From assembly GCA_043228905.1 (NCBI GenBank), contig JBHGNT010000001.1, forward strand, positions 9,796,001 through 9,860,000: a DNA stretch of 64,000 bases. The letters run 5' to 3'. The notes below the pieces were generated by a model. That model was not told the DNA's origin. It saw only the letters and a list, made by a program, of their open reading frames with translations, and did no database searches. Origin of the DNA: Azolla caroliniana (Eukaryota; Plantae; Polypodiophyta). Numbering within the stretch: position 1 is the first letter of the stretch; each line of letters starts with the position of its first letter. Positions 32,801 to 45,185 of the stretch are shown here, piece by piece. Position numbers and translations under genes: made by a program.

Positions 32801-35800
32801 TCCCGTAGCGTTCTGTCGGTGAAGGTGTGTCCTATGCATGCCGGATCACGTAAACTGGGGTCCGACGCGACCCCCTTGATTCGTAACTCGCTGCCCTCCG
32901 GTAGGAGTGCCGCGACTGGCCTTACCTTCCGGTCCACAGTTTTGTACTTCGTGTTAACCCGGGCCGTCCGATCCGACTCGAGCCCCCGACTGAAGTCCGC
33001 GATGACTTCATACATCTCTTCTGAACAAACTGGTATCGTCCGGTCCTCTTTAAGGCCCTCTCCGACCACCTCTCGTAGTATTCCCAAGGTATCGTCGAAG
33101 GAGACCGCCTCCACGGCTCCGTTGATTTCCTCGCTGGGCCCGAGAACTCCGCACGCCCGAAGTCGCTCTTCCGCCCTTGTCTTTTCTCAGCCTACGACGC
33201 CGACTATCGTACACCCTCCGTTGTCGGAGAAACAAAACTTCCTACTTATGGTACAAGGATTCTTTGGTTTCGCTTTTATCGTACATTTGTGGGGTTTTCC
33301 TGGAGTGTCCGGTCTGTCTCGGCCCCACGCCTTGGCAGCCCTCTCTAAAAATCCTCTCGGTTCTCGCCACCGAGGGACTCGCGGTTTCGCTCGTGGTTGG
33401 GTTGTACCGTCAGGAACTGGACTGAATGACGCCCGTCTTGGCTCTTCACCCTCGCGTAAGCCGACCCGTTGTCCAGCACCTTGGTCTCCATTCGCGCCGC
33501 CGTAATGTACGGTTCCCCTAGAATGACCGGGTGCGAGGACGTTTCCTGCACAAAGAAGTGTTGGTCTATTTCGACGTCGCCGATCTTGACTCGTACGTTT
33601 GGGCAAGCCCCGTGTAGTTCCTCGGTGGTGCGCGTCGCCGCCCGTATCTTCCACCCGTGCTTAGTGTTGATTGGCCATTTCCCCTTTTTGTAGAAGTCCA
33701 TAAACATAAGGTTTATTTCCGAACCGTGGTCCACCAGTGCCACCACCGGTTCCTGAACATCTCCGATTTTCACCGGGGTTTCCGTGGTTGCTCGGGCCCA
33801 GTATGGCCTCGAATAGTGGCTCTCCGCCCACTCGTCTTCCAACGCCATGTCCTCTATGTGCGCCGTCCGCACTTCCACCGGCCTTTCCGGTTCTACCTCC
33901 GTCGACAGCCTCTTCCTCTTCACCAAGTCCACGATGCAGTCGTGGAACTCCTTCTTGGCTATCCCGAGCACCTCTCGCAACGACAGTTCCACCTTGCTGT
34001 CGAGGATTCGTTCTTCCAGGACCTTTCGTATGTCCGTGGTCCTTTCGATCTCCGTGCCCAACCGGTATCCGCCCTTCTTGTGGTTATCCCGGGCACTGGA
34101 CTCACCGACCTCGTTCCGTTTCGGCCCGAATCGGGTTTCGTATCTCTGTGAGGGTCCGGTCCCTCCGTTTCTACCCACCCGTTTGTCTTCAACCAGAGCC
34201 TCGTAGTTCTGGCAAGCTGCTTCGACGAAACCCGTCTTTTCTTTGACCCGGTTACCTCCTGGACCCGCTTCTCCGCGTGGTCCGCCTCGTCCCTCTTCAG
34301 TCGGGCACCAGCGAGGCCTTCCAGCACCGTCGGCCAGAACTCGGCTTTGCTCTCCTTCCAGGCCCCGCTGCCCCCGACCCGAACACCGGCTGACGCTGAG
34401 TAGTGGACGGTCTCCGCGTGTCGGGCTGCCGCCTCTTCCATCAGCCTTTTCATTCCTCCTCTTCCGTCGTTTCGGTTCAGGGCCCTCCGGGTATCGTTGG
34501 CGTGCACGCGACCTTCCCACAGGTACACTACCTGGCTTCTCAAAGCCTCCATAAAGTCCCCGCAGTCTTTCTGGATGTGGCCGACCTCGTCGCACCACAT
34601 GCACCTACTTCCTGCCGGAGGCCATCGGTCACGAGCCTGATCGCCGCCTTCCCTCCGAGCCTGGGCGATCTGGAGATCCTTTACCGCTCGTGTCAACTCC
34701 TCTAGAGTTGTTCCCCCGAACGAGCCTCTGATCACGCCGGTCGAAGGCGAACCGGTTTCGAGCCACTCCCGGGTCTCTTCCCTTCGTGCCTGCGGTATCG
34801 GTTCGAGCTTCCTTGCTGCGACAGGTCCTGCCCCGGTCGCCTCTGTATCAGCCCACTCCCACCGTTTGTCAAAACGGCCGCAGACTCTCTTTACCGCGGC
34901 CCAGTCGGTCGTCAGCCCGTCTTCGGTTTCCAGTAAGGAGCCAACTTGCCCTCAATCCCGTGCGTCAACCGATTTGACAAACAGTAGGACACGACTTGTG
35001 TCCAGAACAGTCCGATCGAGCGCCGAAAGGCGCGCAAAGCGTTCCTCAAACTCCCGGAGGAGTACCGACGCATTTCTTCCTTTGTTGGGGGACTCCACCC
35101 ACTCCATGAAGCCCCGCTTCGAAAGTCGAAGCGCGTCATCCAGCCCGTATTTCTCCAGGAGCCGTCCTTCGAACTCTTCCCAGGTCCGGCTCTCCGCCTG
35201 GACCTCGAGTACATCCGCATGGATGCCTGGCATCGCCACTCGAGGGAATCCGGCAAGACGCCTCTCTTCCGGAATATCCCTCATCAACATCTCCGCCCGA
35301 TAGGACGCCAAATAACTCGTGGCATCCTTTCCACTGAACCGGCCGATCATACCGATGATCGCCTCAATAGCCCTGTCAAGGGCGCCGGTGCCCTCGCGCG
35401 CGCTCACTATCCGGTCCACGGCCGAAGCCATGGCCTCTGCAAGATCCGACCCCCTCATCTTCTGCTCCTCTACCGCCTGTTTCACGTCGGGTTCACCAAA
35501 TATGTCGCGTTATTACGCGCATGCGTGGAGAAACGAGGCGGGACCACCGGGGTCTTGAACCGAAGGCAGATGATAGAAGGGGAAAGAGAAGGAGAGAGAC
35601 GCCTGGGCACGTATGAGCAAAGAAACACAGGGGGCGTGGCCCGTCAACACAAAGACGCGAATGGACACAGAGACAGGGAGAGACAAGTGTTTGTATATTA
35701 ACGAATAACAAGTACACAGCAGAACACGCGAGCGGCTACGACCGAACAGGCCGGCGAACAGATGTTGATGCCTGTTCGTCTGCGCACGAAATGGGGATAG

Positions 35801-36151
35801 GATGGAGGTGCTGCCGGAAGCACACGGGCGTTCCTCGAAGCAGCGCGAGCCTCCCGAAACCTGGAGAGAAGAGCAACAGAGAACAGACAGAGGAGAAGCG
35901 TTCGGTTCCGGTTCGACAGCACTTCGTCCTCCTCAATGCGCGATCCCTTTCTCCCTGCGTCTCCCTCTCCTTTATAGCGTCAAGAAGGGAACCGTCTCCC
36001 TCATTTACTTCCTACCTACCGAATCTAACTGCCCCTGGATCTCTCTCTGTACCTAATTCTCTATTATATACATTAAGGGTGCGCACACGTGAAGGGCCGG
36101 TTCATGTGCGCTATTCACCGATTGCGCCAGGGGACGGTTTTCTTCACGACA
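29717..36151 (-). mobile_element. Ty3/gypsy element D2, inverted, inserted in the 3' LTR of D1; own 3' LTR reduced to about 70 bp
   Basis: 5' LTR 36151-35503. 18-nt PBS TGGTGAACCCGACGTGAA at 35498-35481. PPT next to 29785. Flanked by GCGC at 36152-36155. Confidence 0.92.
29850..35485 (-). pseudogene. gag-pol: D2 gag-PR / RT-RNaseH-INT
   Basis: ALVDHGSE, FLDD RT, VDTSPTGIG RNaseH, H-H-C-C (YHDSPWAGH...CESC), integrase core (MVD, ADRGE, NGKVER), WFGPY. Gypsy domain order, with several stops and frameshifts. Confidence 0.92.
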
Positions 36152-39038
36152 GCGCGTGAACCGGCTCTTCACGCGTACGCGCCCTTTAATGTATATAATA
36201 GAGAATTAGGTACAAAGGAATATCCTAGGTAGTTAGATCCGGTAGGTAGGAAGTTAATGAGGGAAATGGCTCCCTTCTTGAAGCTATAAAAGAGAGGGAG
36301 ACGCGGGGAGATAGGGGCATTGCATTATTGAAAAGGACGAAGTGTTGTCTGACCGAAACCGAACGCTTCTCCTCTATTCGTTCTCCATCGCTCTTCTCTG
36401 CAGGTTTTCGGAAGGCTCGCGCTGCTTCGAGGAACGCCCGTGTGCTTCCGGCAGCACTTCCATCCTATCCCTTTTCGTGCGCAAACGAGCAGGCATCGGC
36501 ATCTGTTCGCCGGCCTGTTCGGTCGTAACCGCTCGCATGCTCTATTGTTTATTTGTCATTCATTAATATACAAACATTCGTGTCTCTCTGTCTCTGTGTC
36601 CATTCGTGTCTTCTACGTTGACAAGGTCGTGTCCCTGTGTTTCTTTGCTCATACGTAACCGAGCGTCTCTCTCTTTCTCTTTCCCCTTCCATCACCTGCT
36701 CTTTGGTTCGAGACCCCGGTGGTCCCGCCTCGTTTCTCCACGCACGCGGGTAGTAACGCGACAACGTGGCCCAGATTTGTTCCCGTTCGACGATTCTCTC
36801 TTCTTGTAGGGCGAAGTAGGAATCCGATAATGTGTCTTTTTGCTCCGAAAGTAGCTTGCATTTGATGAAAAACTCGTCAGCCATTTCTTTAAGGGTCGTA
36901 CGCTGACTCTGCAGCTCGGCATTCTCCGCGATCATCCTCTCCTCCCGTTGGCGATTTCTTTCCTCCTGCCGTTGGTTCCAGTCTTTTGCATTGTCGAGCG
37001 CGGCCTGTAGGTCTAGAACCTCCTTCTCTTTCTTCACCACTGTGGCTGCGTATTCCTCCAGCCTGCTTTTGAGTTCGGCTTCCTTCCCCGCGGCTTGCGC
37101 TTGTACCCGGCCCAGTGCTTCGTTCTGCTCGTGTATCCTTTGGTCGGCCTGGGCTCTCATCTCGGCCATCTGCTTGGAAGCTTCTTCTTTTAGGCGAGCC
37201 ATCGCCTCTTGATGCTGTTGTTCGTGTCTCTCGGTTCGCCGTTGTTCTTCTTTAAGCTCCGCACGGTAATCCCGGAGTGGGGTTTCTGTCTGGGTTGCCA
37301 CCTCCTTGGGTGCACGAGGTGGTGGTATCTCAGTCTTCTCCATGGGCGTGGGCGCCTCGGTTGTTGTGCAGGCATCGACCATTTGTAACGAGTCTGTTTG
37401 TGTACTGGCCTGCACCGTCAGGATTGAGTCGGTGATGGTGCTTTCATCCATCATTGTTATGCGTGGAGGCATTGGGAGGGCCTCGGTGGTCGTTACCGGA
37501 AGGCTCAAGAGTTGTTGTTCCGGCTGGTTTTGCTCCCAGGCTGCCAGCTTCTGGTTCATAGTGTGCCATAGTTCTGTAGCCATCTTAGCCTGTTTTTGGG
37601 CTATTTTTATCTTTCAGGCCATGTCTTTGGCTGCCCGCGTAGTGCGATCCAGGTCCCGATATGCCTCGATAAGGGCCGTGTTCAACTCGGGGACCTCCAT
37701 GAGGAGAGCGGCCTGTTTTGCCTGCTTCTTCCTCCCGATTTTTTGTAAAGCCCTGTCCTCCTGGGGCTCAATTTCACCTATTAGCGCGCGTTGAATCATT
37801 TTTGTTTCGGCGTGCTCCTCCGCCATTCGGGCGGCTGTCGCGACTTGGGCTCTGGCGAGGAAGTCGACCAGCTCGAATGACGTACCGAGGCGTAGGAGCG
37901 CACTAAATTCGTAAGCCTCCGCAGGGAGGTCCTTATATCCGAGGACTTCATCCTCCGAGATCTGCGTTGTCTGCCCATGCTCGATCGTTCCCTGGTTCAG
38001 CAATGCCTCCTCAGGGGTGATGGCCAGGTTGCTCTGTCGGACAACTAAGGCTTGCTCCTGTTGTGGCTCTTTCTGTTCTTCTGAGGACTCGCTGTTGACT
38101 CGTCTTCTCTTGCTTGGCTGTGTTTGGGGTTCTGGGGCCGGTAGTGTCGTTTCCTCCGCCTGCTTCCTTTTCTGGGGTCGTGGTGGTGCAACCTGTTATG
38201 TGTTGGGGCGTGGGCTAGGTTCTGGGGATGTTACCGAGGCGCGCGACGTTGGCTGTCGAATGGTGACGTCATCGGTCGTGTTGTCTTCCGCGGCTACCTC
38301 CTCCTCCCATTCTTGGTAGGTCTCGGAAACTACCCTTTTTTGTTGGGGTTGGGCGGGTGGTGGTGCAGATGCGGTTTTTTGGTCGGTCGCAGGAGGTGAA
38401 GGCGATGTGGGCTCCTCCCATGCTTCGTGGCTGATGGCAACGAATTTCTCCCTCTGCCTTCGTGGTGGTGGTGGGGACGTGTGACTCCGCGTCTGGTCCG
38501 TCGGTGTATCGTGGGTATGGGTACGGCATGATGTCGTACTGTGGGTCTTCTGGTAGCACCGGAAAAGGGTTTAGTTCCGGTTGGTTGACCTCCGGAGGGC
38601 TCGACATGGTGGAGATGGAGACGGGGTTCGACTGTGTGGAAGCGTGAAGAAGAGTGATGAGGCGAGGGCGAGACACAGGAGGAACAGCAGGAAGGGGAAG
38701 TCTAGCAGAGGGGTTATGAGAGTGAAAGAGGGCTTGAGAGCAAGAATGTTTAGCGTGATGAGGGCGAGACGGGGTTTCTGAGGTTGAGAGCGATGGAGAT
38801 GGGGAGCGATAATGATCTGTGCTGCGTTTTGGAAACGGTTTTAGTAACTTACTCCTAGGGTTTTGTGCCTGAAGCGAATCCTGAAGATTCTGAGTCGTGG
38901 GTGCCATAATAAGTGACTAGCACCACGTGTCCTGAAGGTGAGTGGTGTGCTTCTAGTGCCATGCATGTGCTTAAATAGGTACTAACTGAGCGGTGGCGAG
39001 GGGTGCTCCTAAAATTGTGGGTGCCTAGGTGGGTGGTG

Positions 39039-39615
39039 TAGGCACCTCGCAATGAAAAAGTTCAAGGACCTTCGTGCGCACGATTTGGAAAGTGGTGGCC
39101 TCTCCTATTTCGAGGCGAGAGTACCATCGTGCGGCCGGTCCATCGAGGGAGAGTGTGAACTCGGCAATCTCCGAGGCATTGATTTCGGCCGGCGTGAGGC
39201 GGTGCGTGGAGTGGTTAGCCTGCCACGTGGATATGAAGGCACGGACATGTGACTCTGCGTCTGGTTCGTCGGTGTATCGTGGGTATGGGTACGGCATGAT
39301 GTCGTACTGTGGGTCTTCTGGTAGCACCGGAAAAGGGTTTAGTTCCGGTTGGTTGACCTCCGGAGGGCTCGACGGGGGTTCTGGTGGTGAATCAACTCAT
39401 GATCGAGTGTCCGGTGGCGACGATTGCACTGGACAAGCCTCCGATTGATCGGGAAAGGATTGGTCAGTGACCGCCGAGTCGGAAGTTCCTTCGACTGGCT
39501 CAGGGCGTCGGGCGGGTGGCCGAGACCTCGTGGTGCGAGAGGGCGCCGTAACGGCGGCTGGTGGTTACCTTCAACGAAGTTCACTGTGCACTCACAGCTG
39601 TAACCAGGCGTGCCA
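39039..39615 (-). pseudogene. gag: PBS plus 5' part of a second Tat-like gag copy (E2)
   Basis: Reverse complement closely matches 10340-10645 joined to 15990-16243 without the Copia insert. PBS TGGCACGCCTGG. Confidence 0.88.
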
Positions 39616-39620
39616 AATTG

Positions 39621-40076
39621 TGTTACCCGTTCCTTTGGGTGAACACCTTCGATAGATCTGCGGCTATCGTTCTTCAAGGGCGTGGTACGTGAAGGCTCGT
39701 AACAGAGGCGTCGAGAGAGATACAGGGCTCAGAGCGAAAACACTAGCGAGGTCTTGATAGACGTGGGCGGCGTTGAACTCATAGGTAGGGATCAAAGCAC
39801 AGACTCATAGAGCAAAATGGGCACAAATCAGATATATTACTATGACAGCAAAGATTACAGAACACGGCCTATGGCCGGTGACCTTACAAGTTTATCTAAT
39901 TACGAAGTACTAAGCTAGTGCTTCCGCCTATATTTTTCTTCTCTCTCTCTCTGAGGTACTGGTCCTCGTTTAAATAACTTTTCCCCTAATACACTGTCGA
40001 GCCGTCGGTGGCCCGTGATACTCGGACTCGGCGTTTGCTAATTTCCTAATTTTACCTTTCTGTTCTCTGGACAACA
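39621..40076 (-). repeat. LTR type M (456 bp), single copy, 5' LTR of E2
   Basis: Minus strand TGTTGTCC...ACGGGTAACA, TATTTAAA then (GA)n. Followed by CAATT and the PBS. Confidence 0.75.
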
Positions 40077-43000
40077 TCACACATTGTGGTGTAGTGACCA
40101 ATGATTGAGATTTAATTTGAGGATTATTTTGAAGGCTTTCTATGTTAGCCATGCTGACTCACAACAATATCAAACTCAAATTATGTTTGCATCACAAGTT
40201 ATTAATTATGCTTGCATCACAAGGTTCCTTGCTAATCACCCTTTTACTAGTGTAAAATTAGCAATCTTCCACAAGTTTGTCATAATTAACTAAGTGCTCA
40301 TTATCTATCATTTTTGTTTTTATCGTAATGTGAATTACAATTGTAACCATTTTGTCTATGAATCGAAGGTTGTGAGGTCAAATCCTTAGTTTTGTACATC
40401 TTTGTTACACCACCACCTTGCGTTGACAACCTAATAACTTGCCAAAAACAAAATAGTGAGGGAGGCATCATGTATTTAGGTTGGTGGGGGCATGAAGAGC
40501 AATGATTGTGATTGATGGAGTTGTAAGTTGGGTAATAGAACAAAAAGGTTGCAGGCAAAGAGAAACATGGTAAAAAAGGGTTGATTATAAGGGTATCACA
40601 AAAATATTTGGGGTGATGAGAAGTACATTGTGAAAAAGGGGGTTCTAAGAGTAGTAAGAAAAACATTTTGGGATGATGATGAAAAGGAGATGTAAGAGTA
40701 GCAATAAAAAGATTGCAATAGCAAATCTGTTGAGGTAACCACATTTTGCATTCCAATAAATATTTTTTTCAATATCATTGTATATTTCATATATTCCACT
40801 TTCATCAATAGTGCCATTACATTTGGATTTCATTTTTAAATGTTGTTACGAAAAAGCTGATTTGAGTTATAAAGCTATTTTATTATTTGATTGTGCTCCA
40901 AACACAATCGAAAACCTATGTTGGAACTTGAAAAGCTTTAAAGGAAGTATAGTGGGGTTCTGAGATGGGACGGGAAACTACAATCAAGGCGATGAAAAGG
41001 AAAGAGGACAAAGTCACGCGAATCTATGATGATTTGGGTTGATGATTCCAACACTTCCTCACATAAAACAAGTCCCTCACAATGCAAATCTAGATCCATA
41101 TTACAATTTATAATAGCAAGTCCATTAGTGATGATCATTACAAGATTGTTACCCTCATACAACCAGTAACGATACATAAACTAACCCATTCGTCAAGAAC
41201 GTTAGAGAGGTGGTTTGAAGGAAATTTGAATATTGGTTCTCCGATTCTTGAAACACTTGATGTAGAGTTGGGTGCTTTGTTGTGCCAATAATGGCTCCCT
41301 TGTTTCTTCTTCTTCTTCTTCTTATTATTATTATTATACCATTGATTTATATTTTACCTTTTTCTTATTTATTTTATTTCCCCCTTTATTTTCTATCCTC
41401 CTTTCCTTTGGTTTAGGGTTTGAATGAGGGGTTTAGGATTTATTAAATGCCATCCATACTAAATCTTCAATTTGAGAGCACTCAATTTAGATTCTACTAC
41501 TTGATCCATTTGCACAAGAATCATGGGTCGCACGTTCTTAAATCTAGTATAGGAGTATATGACTTTATGCTTTTGAGAGGAAATTATACACTGACAATGT
41601 TGTATATACGTTATTGCTTGCGAATATAAATCATGTCATCAACTCTAGTCACCACCCATCTTGTAAGGATTCCAATGCCTCTTAAGATTTGCAAATAAAC
41701 ATTAGAGGAATTCTTCTTAATATCTTCGTCACAAAGAAAAGTACAAAAACTTTGAAAGAAATTAGAAAACGAAATCCTAACAAATTTTGTAATTGATGCG
41801 GCCTTGAAAAGATCTATGGAATGTTGTTCCAATATTCCAAGAAAGCAATCACACGGCCTAGGACAAGGGAGGCCCATCCTCGACCATCAAAAGTTATAAT
41901 GAGAGAAGAATAAAACATGTATATGCGAGAATTTGGAAAACATTAGAAATGCAAAATTTATCATGCAAAATTTGGGTTAGTCCTTTCAAAAATATTACAA
42001 AAATGGAGTTTATTCGCTCCCGTAAAGTTCATATATTTCCTAATGGGAGGAGAGAGCTTTTCAATACCATGTTAAAAGCCAAAGAGTCTAAAAGACTATT
42101 GGTGCTAGACATGTTATAAAGCTTCGCAACATGTAAACAACATTGACAAAATTCAATAAGCAAATGAAATCTTGCATGGTATTGTATGAGGAGCGAATGG
42201 AGGACATCTATGCTGAATTCTGTTTTGTATGAGGCTCACGTGGAGAATATGTGTTCGAGTAATGCTATACACATAGAATGATGTGGTGTTTTGGAGTTGT
42301 TTTTTTATGTTGTTTCATCTACACATTGTTTTCCTTTGACATGCAAGATGTCTTGTAAGATATGAGTTGTAAATGATTCCTTTGTACATTCTTAACTAAT
42401 GGAAGTAGATGTTTTTGGAAAAAAAAAAAAAAGCAAATGAAATAAGCTTCAATATTATTTATTCCATCTACTTAACCTTATATATAGACGAGATTGAACT
42501 AAATTTTTGCGATAAGATGTTCCTTATTTTAATCTATCCAATAACATTTGGCAAGGGATTTGATGACAAATATCTATGCAAATGCAAAGGAAAAAATGGG
42601 AACTCATGAGTCTACTATGATCAATATTGGACAAATAACTCTACTTGTTTTAGGAAATTATTTGAATCCAGCGCTACAAAATACAAGGACAAATATGTAC
42701 TCTTTAAAATCATCATAGCCTTTGACAAGTATGCAAACAAAACTAAATAGAATCCTACACAAAACATAATTGGGTGTCAATGTGTGCATGTTGATGTATT
42801 CATAAAACCAAGGGTAAAAAGTGTCACTTACTTGAGAATGCACTAATTTTCAAGGATATGTAACCTTCTCGTAATTCTTGTAACCAAAAGTTTAAAAGAT
42901 TTGTCCATATTTCAATAACAAAAAGACTTTCAATAGCATTAGCCACAACATGCTAGACAGTGTGAAATTTAGAAATATTAGCCCAATTTACCATATTCAA

Positions 43001-45185
43001 TGAGCTTTGATAGACCATAAATTCTATGCAACCCTTTATAATATTTAGCAACTCCATAACGCTCATTATTTCATAACCATACAACACATTTTCAGAGGTA
43101 TGATGAGGATTTGGAAATGTTAACAAAAATGTGGTTCTTTATACGCAGCTTGATAGGGAGGAGGAAGAATGGTTGTAAGTCACACAAATTGCGTTAATAC
43201 GTGAAGGGTGCAATTTTCAACGAAAAAAAACTATAAGTTTGTCAACATTGTGTCTAGAATCATCATTTCAACCATCGGGTTGTGGAAAGTGTACGGGCAA
43301 ACTTTACTATGCCCGCTCTCAAAGAGATAGGTTGAATGCACTTTTGGTGGAAGGCAAATTCGGAGAGGGTAAAAGCAAACTTTACTATGTCTCATCTCAA
43401 AGTGCTAGGTGGAATGTCCTTTCAATGGAAGGTGGATTTCAAAACACCAAGTTTTCAAGAAGGATGGTTACGGGAAATCGTCACAAGAACATGGTACAAA
43501 AATATATGGATATTTTTGGGTAAAAAAACAAAAATATATGGATAACTTTTTTTCCAATCTCGAACTATTCCGAGAAAATGAGCACAAAACACGAGATATG
43601 AAGATTTTATATTGTGAAAAATGCATGAATCGTTTGTTAGACGAACTTTTAAGAAGCAAGTTGTTAAGTGTGCATGAACACAAACAAGATACATGAAGAT
43701 TTTCTATGGTAAACTAGACCAACAACCTTACTATTTCATTAAGGGCACAAGCTTAACCTCGAGTCTATCATGTTTCAATTATTCATGAACACACCATCAT
43801 ATTTCTACCCTAAGATATTTATGTTGTCTTCATGGACGTCTAGTCCTATCTTTCCTCCTTTCTTTTACATCCTTCACGGTCTATTCAAAGAAATGAAATA
43901 AATGACAACCACAACTGTCGTCGTAGATATAATGTGTTTGCATATGGGACAACAACGAAAAGACACGTATCGTAATCAACTTTTTATATTATCTAATATT
44001 CTATACAATGTCCATCTTTAAGTGGGCATAGGACAAGTGTATGACTCATGTGTTATTTCATAACTAGTAGAGCCAAACAACAATCTTGGGCTCAAAGACG
44101 AAGGTTAGTGCAGTCATTGCAATTTGTCATTATCGGATGGGCGGAGGAGCCTCTAGTTAGTAGTAGTAGTACTGGGGTGGGGCACCATGTACGATGACAT
44201 GTTTGCGACGAAGCATTCGGATCCGCAAGATCTAGCCGAGGCCCACTAGTATTAGCTGTAATTGCGAGACTAGACCGATGTCCATGTGTCAATGTGAAGG
44301 AAAGCAAGGGGCCATGGCAGTGGAAGACTCCACTCTGAACTCTAGAGGCCTTTATAGAAGAGGTTTTCTTTTTTGGGGCATATATAATGAGCAAAGAAGT
44401 TTAAGTAAAACTATAAGATAATACATACAGGTGATTCTATCTCTTCAGCGTGGTGCAGAGCTTAAATGATATATATTGTGGATGGATATTTATGTATGTA
44501 TATGCAAATTTGTTCTAGGGTCTTCAACATGAGAACAGAATAGTACTTTGTTCCCATAATTTATAAACTACTACTCTCTAGAAAGATAGGAGCTCGTATT
44601 TTTGAAGAATCCAAGCACTGTAAAATTCTGCTATGACATACATGTGTATTTCTGAAGTAGCTAATTCATTCCTTAACTATGATTTGATCTAAAACATTGT
44701 ATTGTTCTCTCTCTATATATAATTTAATGTGAGACATTGTTTTTACTCAGGTACATGAGATAAGTTTTTAATTTTTCTGGAATTAAGGTTCACATCTCGT
44801 GAACCTTGGAGTTATATAGTTACTCGATCGACCGACAACACTCTTGTGAACTTTGGATTAATATTCAAGCAAGGTTCACACCTCGTGAACCTTGGAAGTT
44901 ATATTACTCGATCTGCTGACACTCTCAGATCATTATACACACACATATATATATGTACATATATGCAAATGCATTTGTTTTTCTTCTTCGATTCGTGATC
45001 TGGTGATTCGCAGGCATCGAACAATTTCATCCTAAGAAATCCTTATGATATTAGTATGAACAAGAAGCTGATAACTAGATTGTATCTGTGGTATAAGCAG
45101 AGTTGATATCACAAATAAAGCTTGCCAAATATTTATATAAGATACATAGTTTCTAATTTACATTCACTGTACTTCTACAAACAAA

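Larger units (their letters stand above)
22308..36763 (+). mobile_element. Ty3/gypsy element D1 (tRNA-Trp PBS), disrupted
   Basis: 5' LTR at 22308-22961. PBS TGGTGAAGCCGACGTGA at 22966-22982. 3' LTR remainder at 36152-36763. ACGT TSD at 22304-22307 and 36764-36767. Confidence 0.92.
21450..38607 (-). pseudogene. Accessory coiled-coil/NLS ORF antisense to E1 gag, split by element D1 (segments about 38607-36764 and 22307-21450)
   Basis: The frame continues across the ACGT TSD (EREQIWAT|CQKEREQ...MDETRIRILIEKQ). E/Q/K-rich heptads, QKRKQ and PSKRRR basic motifs, a few in-frame stops. Confidence 0.7.
3894..40076. mobile_element. Outer composite Tat-like Ty3/gypsy retroelement (about 9 kb once nested inserts are removed) hosting all other insertions
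   Basis: TG...CA termini (TGTTTATGGG / GGACAACA). TCACA at 3889-3893 and 40077-40081. Sharp AT-to-GC transitions at both ends. A short minus-strand reading frame rejoins in frame across the empty site (...VTTPQCV|SHGCKEII...). Confidence 0.7.

Noticed and set aside
11270-36000. Numerous antisense or alternate-frame ORFs in the ORF track
   Set aside because: Shadows of GC-rich gag-pol sequence with no independent motifs.
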